Shown: one piece after another, positions 29,072 through 38,662 of the stretch | Layout of the letters: each line of letters begins with the position of its first letter | Position numbering within the stretch: the stretch's first letter is position 1 | Assembly (NCBI GenBank): GCA_963827685.1 | Contig: CAWHBU010000002.1 | Coordinates: 1,120,001 to 1,184,000 of the forward strand | DNA from: an uncultured delta proteobacterium | GTDB taxonomy: Bacteria > Desulfobacterota > BSN033 > UBA1163 | Length of the DNA stretch: 64,000 nucleotides | Direction of reading: 5' to 3' | Notes under the pieces: model-generated | Told to the model about the DNA's origin: nothing | Database searches by the model: none | The model's input: the letters and a program-made list of their open reading frames with translations, nothing else | Position numbers and translations under genes: made by a program

Positions 29072-30685
29072 TTGATCGGAGTTGTCCCCACACTACCTCG
29101 TTCTGTGGCAGCCATCAAGAAAACCCCTACCCATCGGGACAAGCTTGTGATTTCCCTCGAAAGGAAGCTCAAAGAGTTCACGGTTCTTTACGAAATCAGT
29201 CAGCTGATTGGATCCACCCTGAACCGTCAGGAAGTCCTCTTAGATATTCTCGCTACATTCCATTCTCGCTTGGGAATGAACCGCGGAACGATCACCCTAC
29301 TGAATCCTGAAACAGGAGAACTGGAAATCTGGGCGGCCCACGGGATGACCGAGGAAGAGGTGAAAAGGGGGAGATATCTGGTCGGTGAGGGAATTACTGG
29401 AAAAGTCGTAGAGACGGGAGAACCTGCGGTCGTTCCTCAAATCGAAAAGGAACCACTCTTTCTAAATCGAACTCAATCGAGAAACGATCTCAAGAAGAGC
29501 GATATTTCCTTTATCTGTGTCCCTGTGAAGATGGGGTCTACCATTTATGGGACGTTAAGTGTCGATCGACTTTTCAATGAAGACATCGCATTTGAAGAAG
29601 ATGTTCGCCTTCTCTCCATCGTGGCCTCCATGATCGCTCAAGGCCTCAAGATTCAGCAGATGGTCCAGGATGAAAAGAAGCAACTTCTGAATGAGAACAT
29701 CACTCTCAGGGAGAAGCTAAAAGAGAGATATAGCCTTTACAACATTGTGGGCACAAGCAATAAGATGAATGAAGTCTTTCAAATGATTGAGAGGATCGCA
29801 AACACTGATGTAACCGTTCTCATCCGAGGTGAAAGCGGTACCGGAAAAGAGTTAGTGGCAAATGCCATACATTTCAACAGCCCTCGAGCCTCGAAGCCTT
29901 TCTTGAAACTGAACTGCGCAGCCCTTCCCGACACGCTCACCGAGAGCGAACTTTTCGGCCATGAGAAGGGAGCCTTTACGGGAGCTACTGAGCAGCGTAT
30001 GGGGAGATTCGAAAGAGCCGATGGCGGCACCCTTTTCCTCGATGAGATTGGAACGTTAAACCTTGTTGCCCAGGCAAAGCTTCTCAGGGTTCTTCAGGAA
30101 AGGGAATTCGAAAGGGTTGGAGGAAAACGAACGCTTCGGGTTGATGTGCGCATCATCACTGCCACCAGCAAAGACTTAGAAAAATCGATTGAGGAAGGAA
30201 CTTTTAGGGAGGACCTGTATTATCGGCTGAATGTGTTTCCCATTTTTATGCCTCCCCTCAGGGAGAGGAAAACTGACATTCTTCTCTTAGCGGACTATTT
30301 TGTTGAAAAATTCAACCAAAAACATAAGAAGGACATCCGAAGGATTTCAACTCCTGCTATCGACATGCTTATGCAATACCACTGGCCAGGCAATGTGAGA
30401 GAGCTCGAGAATTCTATAGAGAGAGCCGTTCTCCTCTGCACGGATCGGGTCATCCACAGCCACCACCTCCCCCCTACCCTCCAGACCGGAGAGCAATCCG
30501 GTACCATCCCCTCCCTTTCCTTTGAAGGAGCGATTCAAAACTATGAGAAAGAGCTGATCATCGATGCCCTCAAAAACTCCGGAGGAAATATGTCCGAGGC
30601 GGCCAGGCTTCTGAAAACCTCGGAAAGGGTTGTATCTTACAGCGTAAAAAAGCTTCGCGTTAATCCAAAGTCTTATCGTCCCTAA
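29072..30685 (+). CDS. NifA-like GAF-AAA+-HTH sigma54 activator
   Basis: GAF (GEGITGKV), GESGTGKE, GAFTGA, FLDEIG, WPGNVREL, Fis HTH; start uncertain. Confidence 0.9.
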   Translation: MIGVVPTLPRSVAAIKKTPTHRDKLVISLERKLKEFTVLYEISQLIGSTLNRQEVLLDILATFHSRLGMNRGTITLLNPETGELEIWAAHGMTEEEVKRGRYLVGEGITGKVVETGEPAVVPQIEKEPLFLNRTQSRNDLKKSDISFICVPVKMGSTIYGTLSVDRLFNEDIAFEEDVRLLSIVASMIAQGLKIQQMVQDEKKQLLNENITLREKLKERYSLYNIVGTSNKMNEVFQMIERIANTDVTVLIRGESGTGKELVANAIHFNSPRASKPFLKLNCAALPDTLTESELFGHEKGAFTGATEQRMGRFERADGGTLFLDEIGTLNLVAQAKLLRVLQEREFERVGGKRTLRVDVRIITATSKDLEKSIEEGTFREDLYYRLNVFPIFMPPLRERKTDILLLADYFVEKFNQKHKKDIRRISTPAIDMLMQYHWPGNVRELENSIERAVLLCTDRVIHSHHLPPTLQTGEQSGTIPSLSFEGAIQNYEKELIIDALKNSGGNMSEAARLLKTSERVVSYSVKKLRVNPKSYRP

Positions 30686-30686
30686 T

Positions 30687-30732
30687 CCGACAATTTTGTG
30701 GGTTTTCTCCTTTTTCCCAACAAAGTTGTTGC
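30687..30732. promoter_or_regulatory. Pair of ACA-N4-TGT palindromic sites upstream of the amt1 operon
   Basis: CCGACAATTTTGTGGG and CCAACAAAGTTGTTGC, 30 nt apart. Confidence 0.55.
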
Positions 30733-30843
30733 TTTCAATTTCTTCTCCGATTTCATATTTATCCTCGCTTCAACTTTTTGCTTCAATCAAAAATTGTTTA
30801 TTTTTAAAACCTTAGATTTCATTCTTTGGCGATAAAATCTCTT

Positions 30844-30859
30844 TGGCATCATTCTTGAT
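30844..30859 (+). promoter_or_regulatory. Variant sigma54 promoter of the amt1 operon
   Basis: TGGCATCATTCTTGAT (-12 GA instead of GC). Confidence 0.55.
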
Positions 30860-30906
30860 TAAGATAAGAATCAAGAGAGCATAGTCGAAGGGGAAGCAGG
30901 AAAGAA

Positions 30907-31113
30907 ATGGGTCATATCGATAGAGTCGCTAAATCCAGATTAAACTCTGTTTCTTCGGGTAAGCTTCTAAAGCTGAAAGACGGTTTGTATAGACAGCTAA
31001 AGGAACGTGAATGGATGTTTAACAGAACGGAAAACAATTTGATCTTCCTCATTCATAAGGATGGAGCTTATGGCGTGGTCGTGAGAAATGAGGATATTGA
31101 CTGGAATGAATGA
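30907..31113 (+). CDS. Small hypothetical protein (68 aa)
   Basis: ATG after a purine-rich RBS, first ORF after the sigma54 box, fills the gap before amt1. Confidence 0.55.
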   Translation: MGHIDRVAKSRLNSVSSGKLLKLKDGLYRQLKEREWMFNRTENNLIFLIHKDGAYGVVVRNEDIDWNE

Positions 31114-31215
31114 TAAACCCAGCTCTCTGCACACAGGCGTCTTCTTTTGGCAGCAGAATAACGATGAATCAATATCTCATGCTGTTGACCAATACTCTCA
31201 AGGAGGTAAACACTT

Positions 31216-32832
31216 ATGGTAAAGCGATTTGTAACCATCATTATTTTAGGAGCTATGTTAGCCAGTTTGCTCATGATCGGGATTGGACACACGGAGGAAG
31301 CGGCCCCCGCTCCAGCTGCGGCATCAACCGCTCCTGCGCTCAAACCTGATCCGTCCGGTGCGAATACCGGCGGGGCGGCAGACGTGGTGGGGGCCACTGC
31401 TGGCGCACCGACTGCGGACGACATGAAGAAATGGGCAACCAACGAGCCGCTTGCCACGAAATTGGCAGATGTCGTGGGCCATAACAGGATCGCCATTAAT
31501 ATTGTATGGACACTGGTCTGCGGTTTTCTCGTCTTTTTCATGCAGGCGGGTTTTGCTTTGGTGGAGACCGGGTTTACGAGGGCGAAGAATGCAAGCCATA
31601 CCATGGCAATGAACCTCATGGTCTTTGTCTTTGGGGTGCTCGGTTACTGGGTCTTGGGATACGCTCTTCAGATGGGCGGTGTCGGCGCTGGGACCCTCGC
31701 CGGCGGAACAGGATTATTGGATGGTGAATTTACCTTGCACCTCTTCGGAAAGGACTTCGGGCTCTTCGGCACAAAGGGGTTTTTCCTGTCAGGTGTGACT
31801 TATGATGCATCGATTATCACACTCTTTCTGTTCCAGGTGGTCTTCATGGATACGGCGGCCACCATTCCGACCGGTGCCATGGCTGAGCGCTGGACGTTTA
31901 AGTCGTTCGTCATCTTCGGGTTTTTTATCTCTATGATCACATACCCGCTTTATGCAAACTGGGTATGGGGCGGCGGGTGGCTATCGCAGCTCGGCAAGAA
32001 TTTCGGTTTCGGTCATGGGGTCCTCGATTTCGCCGGTTCATCAGTGGTTCATATGGTGGGCGGCGTTTCGGCGCTGGCAGGAGCGATAGCCCTTGGTCCC
32101 CGGATTGGAAAATTTAAAGCCGATGGAACACCCAATGCAATACCAGGACACCACATCCCGATGGCTGTCCTCGGGACTTTAATACTCGCCTTCGGGTGGT
32201 TCGGGTTCAATCCCGGCTCGACCCTCGCCGGAACTGATTTGAGAATCGGCGTGGTGGCGGTAAATACTATGCTTGCTTCCGTAGCAGGGTCCTTCTCGGC
32301 AATGCTCTATATGTGGATCTTTTACGGGAAGCCGGATATATCGATGTCTGCGAACGGACTGCTGGCAGGACTCGTTGCTATCACAGCGCCATGCGCATTC
32401 GTGAATACCGTTGGAGCGGTAATTATAGGGCTTGTTGCCGGAGTGCTTTGTTGTGCAAGCGTTTTCTTTGTCGAACGTAAACTGAAGGTCGACGATCCTG
32501 TAGGCGCAATATCTGTTCATGGCACGTGCGGCGCTTGGGGACTTATCGGGCTTGGACTCTTTGCCGACGGCACATATGGTGATGGCCTAAATAACGTTAC
32601 CGGCACGGTGAAGGGGTTATTTTATGGCGGAGCATCACAGTTTGCGGCGGAGATTATCGGTGTTATCGTCAACTTTATCTTTGTTTTCGTCTTGATGTAC
32701 GTGTTCTTCAGGCTGCTGGATAAAGTAATTCCTCTACGAGTATCTGAGGAAATAGAGCTCGAAGGCCTCGACGCGAGCCAAGTGAGTGTCACCGCATATC
32801 CTGACTTCAGCATCACGAAGACCCAGAGATAG
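31216..32832 (+). CDS. amt: Ammonium transporter 1
   Basis: FMQAGF, DFAGSSVVH, FGWFGFNPGS, DDPVGAISVHG; N-terminal signal. Confidence 0.95.
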   Translation: MVKRFVTIIILGAMLASLLMIGIGHTEEAAPAPAAASTAPALKPDPSGANTGGAADVVGATAGAPTADDMKKWATNEPLATKLADVVGHNRIAINIVWTLVCGFLVFFMQAGFALVETGFTRAKNASHTMAMNLMVFVFGVLGYWVLGYALQMGGVGAGTLAGGTGLLDGEFTLHLFGKDFGLFGTKGFFLSGVTYDASIITLFLFQVVFMDTAATIPTGAMAERWTFKSFVIFGFFISMITYPLYANWVWGGGWLSQLGKNFGFGHGVLDFAGSSVVHMVGGVSALAGAIALGPRIGKFKADGTPNAIPGHHIPMAVLGTLILAFGWFGFNPGSTLAGTDLRIGVVAVNTMLASVAGSFSAMLYMWIFYGKPDISMSANGLLAGLVAITAPCAFVNTVGAVIIGLVAGVLCCASVFFVERKLKVDDPVGAISVHGTCGAWGLIGLGLFADGTYGDGLNNVTGTVKGLFYGGASQFAAEIIGVIVNFIFVFVLMYVFFRLLDKVIPLRVSEEIELEGLDASQVSVTAYPDFSITKTQR

Positions 32833-32840
32833 GAGGGAAC

Positions 32841-34046
32841 ATGAGGATATTAGACTGGAGAGGGAAAAAAATGAAAAAGAGATTATTAGGCTTGATTCTG
32901 GCGGTTTTAATGATGTTTCCACTTGTAATGAAGGCAACGGGCGAAGAGGCAAAACCTGAGACGACGCCAGAAGCGAAACCGGAGGCGAAGCCTACCTTGA
33001 GTCCGGAAGATATAAAGAATGTAGTCAATGGAATCAAGGATTACCTCGGCCTAAGCATCTATCTGCAGGGCGGATATACCTTTAACTTCAGAAATCCCGA
33101 CTCGGGGACGAACGAACAGAGAATTTTCGACCAGAAGGCAAATTCGTTTCTCATGGATCTTGCCCAGATACAGTTTGCCAAGGATGCCCCGGTGGGAGGA
33201 CTTGGGTATAAGCTCAAGGTTTCATTTGGTGAGACAGCAAAGTTTATTCATTCAGCGGGTCTTGGAGGACCTAATGATGTGGTAGATCTTACTGAGGCAT
33301 ATGTCAATTATGTCGCGCCCCTGGGTAGCGGCATCAAGCTGCAATTCGGAAAATTTGTTACCTACCACGGCGCTGAGGTGATCGAGGCAAGGGATGATTT
33401 CAATTATTCCCGTTCATTTCTTTTTAACTATGCGATACCTTTTACCCACACGGGCTTGATGGCGGGCTATACCTTCTCAAAAGCCTTCAGTGCCAATGTA
33501 TACGTTGTCAACGGGTGGGATAATACCAACGACAATAACAAAGGCAAGACATTTGGAACAAGCTTCGTATTGACACCTGTCGAGCCATTTTCGATGAATT
33601 TCGGCTTCATGTACGGGCCCGAACAATCACACCATAGTTCAAATTACAGGTTTCTCTTTGATTGGGTTGGAACGTTCAAGGCAACGAAAAATCTGACTTT
33701 CGTAGTCAACACCGATTATGCGAGTGAAGAGAAGGACCCTCTCAACAGCGGCAGAAATTCAAGGTGGTTCGGAGTTGCGGGTTACGCAAAATATGACTTT
33801 ACTGACTGGTTCAGTACAACCATCAGGGCGGAATGTTTCGACAACAAGGACGGTGTGAGGACAGGAATTGCCCAGAAGGTGAAGGAGATAACGATTACAC
33901 CCGAATTCAAGATAGTGAAAAACCTCCTTTTAAGGCCAGAGTACAGGCACGACTGGTCTAACAAGGACGGCTTTGATTCACAACACACCACATTCAGTAA
34001 GAAGAGCCAGGATACCATTGCCCTCGGCATGATGTATACGTGGTAA
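32841..34046 (+). CDS. Putative outer-membrane beta-barrel porin
   Basis: Signal peptide, GKFVT..GAEVI, NYSRS, NGWD, PEYRHD, C-terminal YTW; start 32841 or 32871. Confidence 0.75.
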   Translation: MRILDWRGKKMKKRLLGLILAVLMMFPLVMKATGEEAKPETTPEAKPEAKPTLSPEDIKNVVNGIKDYLGLSIYLQGGYTFNFRNPDSGTNEQRIFDQKANSFLMDLAQIQFAKDAPVGGLGYKLKVSFGETAKFIHSAGLGGPNDVVDLTEAYVNYVAPLGSGIKLQFGKFVTYHGAEVIEARDDFNYSRSFLFNYAIPFTHTGLMAGYTFSKAFSANVYVVNGWDNTNDNNKGKTFGTSFVLTPVEPFSMNFGFMYGPEQSHHSSNYRFLFDWVGTFKATKNLTFVVNTDYASEEKDPLNSGRNSRWFGVAGYAKYDFTDWFSTTIRAECFDNKDGVRTGIAQKVKEITITPEFKIVKNLLLRPEYRHDWSNKDGFDSQHTTFSKKSQDTIALGMMYTW

Positions 34047-34178
34047 CAGCATTGTGAAAACAATAGATCCGATTACGGAAGAAGACATAAAGTTTTTCTA
34101 CAGCCTTTTGGAGATGCGATGCCCGAAAACGGACCAAAAGGCTAACAGACCTGCTGAGATATCTCCATAGGTCAATAG

Positions 34179-34529
<351 letters not shown>

Positions 34530-34732
34530 TAACACCCTTCACCGGAAGCATACGGATGAACCCTCCTCTATCCCCTGACATCCACAGGACCGTGCCTGCA
34601 TGCTAGGATTTATTTCTGTTCAGGTACGGTCTTTCGAGGAGATGTATGAAGGGGTGATCAGACCCGGTTGAGATTCTTCTATACTTCTTGACTCAGCCCT
34701 GAGCCTGTCAGGGGTCAGCGAAAGGAGAAGCC

Positions 34733-35071
34733 ATGAAAAAGATTGAAGCCATTATTGACCCTTCTAAGTTACAAGAAGTAAAGAATGCTTTGACTAAGAT
34801 CGGAATCCGGCGGATGACGATAAGCAAGGTCGATGAGTTTGGGATCCAAGATGCTCACAAAGAGTTTTATCGAGGGAAGGAATGTATAGTGGACGTTGTC
34901 AAAGAATTCAAAATCGAACTCATGGTCACAGATGAGATGCTCAGCCAGGTCATTGAGACCATCAAAAAAACTATCAAAACAGAAAGCATTGGAGACGAAC
35001 AAATCTCTGTGTCTTCCGTGGAGAAGGTAGTTCGAGTTCGAACAGGCGAACACGGAAGGGATGCAATCTGA
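34733..35071 (+). CDS. Divergent PII-like protein
   Basis: 112 aa, colinear with PII, but signature motifs altered (EFGIQDA, Cys51, TESIGDEQIS). Confidence 0.85.
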   Translation: MKKIEAIIDPSKLQEVKNALTKIGIRRMTISKVDEFGIQDAHKEFYRGKECIVDVVKEFKIELMVTDEMLSQVIETIKKTIKTESIGDEQISVSSVEKVVRVRTGEHGRDAI

Positions 35072-35133
35072 ATCAAGCAGGTTCTAATTCCTCTTCCATC
35101 ACCGAATTAACGTTTCAAATCTCTTTAGGAAAA

Positions 35134-35170
35134 TTGGTTGTTTTTTAACAGCCTGCTTAAATTTCCGCAA
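35134..35170. promoter_or_regulatory. Upstream activator site B
   Basis: TTGGTTGTTTTTTAACAG-C-CTGCTTAAATTTCCGCAA. Confidence 0.7.
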
Positions 35171-35278
35171 GGAATTTTTTGAGAAACCAATACTCGGATA
35201 TGAATAGGTTATAGGCCATTCCCGCCAACTATCCAATAATTTTGACGAAACTCCATTAAGCCATGAACCTCTACCAAC

Positions 35279-35294
35279 TGGCATAAGGATTGCT
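35279..35294 (+). promoter_or_regulatory. sigma54 promoter of the GATase-asnB-amt2-glnB-glnD operon
   Basis: TGGCATAAGGATTGCT, identical to 29014-29029. Confidence 0.85.
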
Positions 35295-35306
35295 CTCTAT
35301 TTTTCT

Positions 35307-36023
35307 ATGAATGCTTTGATCATCAAGCACGTGGCCATCGAAGGCCCGGGATTGATTGAATATTGCTTGAAGCAGGAGAAAATCCCCTGCATTATCCTCG
35401 ATCTCGGTCTGGGTATTCATCTACCAAAACTCGATCATTTCACTCATATTGTCATTTTGGGCGGCCCAATGAATGTTTATGAGGAGGATCGTTATCCCTT
35501 TCTCAGAGAAGAAGACCTTTTTATTAAGGAAGCGATTCAGAGAGGAAAATCCATATTAGGAATATGCCTGGGGGCACAACTGATGGCAAAGGCCCTCGGG
35601 GCAAAGGTTTTCAAAGCCCCTGTAAAAGAGATCGGATGGTATGACGTCTCATTGACAAAGATAGGTTCACAGGATCCTCTCTTTTCCTGTCTTCCAAAGA
35701 CATTCCCTGTATTTCAATGGCATGAGGATACGTTTGAAATTCCAAAGTCCGGGAAGCTAATCGCGACTTCATCCCCTGTCTCTCATCAGGCCTTTCGATA
35801 TGGAGAAAAAGTTTATGGCCTTCAATTCCATCTCGAAGTGACTGAGGAGATGATCTGGGAGTGGATAGAAACTTATGAAGAAGAGTTTAAGGGTAGTCAG
35901 GCTCCTCCTCCCTCTTCAAAAGCCGCGATTATGACCGAAACCGAGATAAAGATCGAAACTTACACAAGAAGGGGAATGGACTTCCTTAAACATTTTTTCA
36001 AGCAGGCCGACAAAAGGACATAA
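35307..36023 (+). CDS. Class I glutamine amidotransferase-like protein
   Basis: LGGP, GICLGAQ (nucleophile Cys), QWH, QFHLE triad. Confidence 0.9.
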   Translation: MNALIIKHVAIEGPGLIEYCLKQEKIPCIILDLGLGIHLPKLDHFTHIVILGGPMNVYEEDRYPFLREEDLFIKEAIQRGKSILGICLGAQLMAKALGAKVFKAPVKEIGWYDVSLTKIGSQDPLFSCLPKTFPVFQWHEDTFEIPKSGKLIATSSPVSHQAFRYGEKVYGLQFHLEVTEEMIWEWIETYEEEFKGSQAPPPSSKAAIMTETEIKIETYTRRGMDFLKHFFKQADKRT

Positions 36024-36872
36024 TAATGTGCGGCATCGCCGGAATCATTGATTTTGGCTCTTCGGAGCCCAAAGAAAACCTTCTTCGTCGCATGCTCGGG
36101 CTGATCCGTCATCGCGGCCCCGATGCATTCGGTACCTATATAGACAGGATTGCGGGATTAGCTTCTACTCGCTTAAGCATTATTGACTTAAGTGGCGGTG
36201 ACCAACCCATCCATAACGAAGATCAGTCCGTCTGGGTCGTTTACAATGGAGAGATCTTCAACTACCCGGAGATACGTCAGGAGCTGGAGGCTCGAGGTCA
36301 CAGGTTTTACACTTGGTCCGATACGGAGATCTTGGTTCACTTGTACGAAGATCATGGCCCCGAGCTTTTCAAAAATCTCAATGGCCAGTTTGCCTTCGCT
36401 CTATGGGATAAATCTAAGGAACAATTGCTTCTGGGTCGCGATCGCCTCGGCATCCGGCCCCTTTTCTATTATCTGGACAACGACCGTTTGGTTTTTGGAT
36501 CAGAAATTAAGGCTATATTGGGAGACGTAAGGGTCCCAAGAGCCCTCGATTTGCAAACCTTATCAGATGTCTTTATCTGTTGGGCACCCCTGGGCCATCT
36601 CACGGCTTTTCAAAAAATCTATCAACTCCTCCCGGGACATTATGCCCTTTTCTCACGTCAGGGGATGATCACCCGTCCTTACTGGCAACTTTCCTTCTCA
36701 GAATCAAAGAACCAAGGGGCCCGTTCGTTCGGTGAGTGGACCGAAGAATTGAAAGCACTCCTATATGACGCTACCAGAATTCGTCTCCGAGCAGATGTCC
36801 CTGTAGGAGCTTATCTGAGTGGTGGGCTGGATAGCACTTATATTACTTCTCTTGTAAAACGATTTTTTAATA

Positions 36873-37411
36873 GTAAAGAACCCCGCAGCAGAGCTGCGGG
36901 GCATTAAAATTCAAAACTTAATTGCTCCTGTTGCTGATACTTTATATAGCGACGTATGACTTCAGAGGTAACTTTGTCTCCAACAGACCGAACAAAATAC
37001 CCATCACTCCAAAACTCTCCACCCCAAAGCTCTTTCTTCACCTCTGGAAACTGCTTGAACACCATTTTCGCCGAGATACTCTTTATGATCTGCACAATCT
37101 CTGCCGGACAATACCGAGGAGGGGCAGACAAAAATAAATGAACATGATCATCCTTTACCTCCATCGTATCTATCTCAAACTCGTACCTCTCCGATATTTG
37201 CTCAAAACTCATCTTAAGCCTTTTTGCCAACTCACCTCCCAATATCATCTTCCGATATTTGGGAACCCATACCATATGATATTTCAAATCGTAGACCGCA
37301 TGGCTTGTTCTTTTTATCGAGCTCATGCAGTACTTATACCATGTCTTATCGCTTCGCGAACCTGTTTTCATCCGCCCAGCAGAGCTGGGCGGTATTCAAC
37401 AGGTATTTTTT
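36873..37411 (-). mobile_element. IS200-family element (tnpA only)
   Basis: Subterminal hairpins CCCCGCAGCAGAGCTGCGGGG and CCGCCCAGCAGAGCTGGGCGG, no TSD, TTTAT immediately 5' of the left end on the minus strand; boundaries uncertain by about 1 nt. Confidence 0.85.
36904..37371 (-). CDS. tnpA: Y1 HUH transposase
   Basis: YHMVWVPKYR, DHVHL, FWSDGYF, YIKYQ; true start probably MSSIKR. Confidence 0.93.
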   Translation of the reverse strand: MKTGSRSDKTWYKYCMSSIKRTSHAVYDLKYHMVWVPKYRKMILGGELAKRLKMSFEQISERYEFEIDTMEVKDDHVHLFLSAPPRYCPAEIVQIIKSISAKMVFKQFPEVKKELWGGEFWSDGYFVRSVGDKVTSEVIRRYIKYQQQEQLSFEF

Positions 37412-38662
37412 ATAAACTCTGCACCTTTTCGGTTAGCTTTACAGACAGTCGCTTTGACGAAGCTTCCTACCAGAAGAGAGCGGTGCAGTCCCTGCAGACC
37501 GACCATCAGACCATTCGATGCACAGAGAAAGATATTGGGGAAGTTTTTCCTCAGGTGGTGTGGCACACAGAAGCGCCAATTCTTCGAACAGCACCAGCTC
37601 CCTTGTTTTTATTATCCCGACTGGTTCGCGAAAACAAGTTCAAAGTAGTGCTTACAGGGGAAGGGTCTGACGAAATCTTCGCTGGTTACGATATATTCAA
37701 GGAGGATCGAGTGAGGCGTTTCTGGGCTCGGAATCCTCAATCCCGGATCCGTCCATTGCTTTTGCAAAAGCTGTATCCTGACATCTTCGGCAAACAGGAT
37801 TCTAAAGCACATGTATTTCTGGAGGGTTTCTTTCGGAAAGGACTTTCTCACGTGGATTCCCCCGCTTACTCCCATATGATCCGCTGGGAAAACGCCAATT
37901 TTATAAAAACATTTTTCTCAAATGAATTTCAGGAAGTCGTAGGAAAAGGAGAGGGGTTTTTAGATCGATTCATATTAGCGCTCCCGGGAGAATACATGAA
38001 GTGGGATCCTCTATCTCGCGCTCAATATACAGAGATTTCCATCTTCCTTTCCAACTACTTGCTCTCCTCTCAGGGGGACCGCGTGGCGATGGCACACTCC
38101 GTAGAAGGGCGTGTCCCTTTTCTTGATTATCGGGTAGTGGAGTTTGCCTGCCGGGTACCCCCGCGATTTCGTCTGAACGGTCTTAGAGACAAGTTCATCT
38201 TGCGTGAAGCTGCTCACAACCTCATCCCACCAGAACTGGTCAAACGACCGAAACAACCCTATCGTGCACCTATCAGCCGATGCTTTTTAGGGGAATGCAA
38301 CCATGAATATGTACAAGAGCTGCTCTCAGATGATGCACTTCGACAGGCTGGTTACTTTGACTCACGTAAGGTAGAAAAACTTGTTGCGAAGTGCCGCAAG
38401 CAACAAGGATACCTCCTGAGCGAGCGTGAGAACATGGCCTTGGCTGGAATTATCTCCACCCAGCTATTGGACGATCTATTTGTTCGAAATTTTCCACCTT
38501 ATCCGATTCATGAACCCGAGGATATAAAAAGATTTGGGACAGGAGAATAGAGTGGTTCATGTCACGAGGTCAACGATCTTCCCTCCTTCCCCTGCCTACC
38601 GGCAGGCATTGGGGAGAGGACGGTGTGAGGAGAATTCCGCAATCTTTCATAGGAGGAATGAG

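Larger units (their letters stand above)
36026..38550 (+). pseudogene. asnB: Asparagine synthase (glutamine-hydrolysing) interrupted by an IS200-family element
   Basis: MCGIAG, HRGPD, NGEIFN, LSGGLDS, then LTGEGSDE, DRVAMAHSVEGRVPFLD; frame restored as FFNNKLCTFSV when 36873-37411 is removed. Confidence 0.9.

Noticed and set aside
29072-30685. Calling this gene nifA or inferring nitrogen fixation
   Set aside because: The domain layout is NifA-like, but there are no nif structural genes in the window
37138-37411. N-terminal 92 aa of the 470-aa ORF as real protein
   Set aside because: It is antisense read-through of the IS200 element; asnB homology resumes at about 37412
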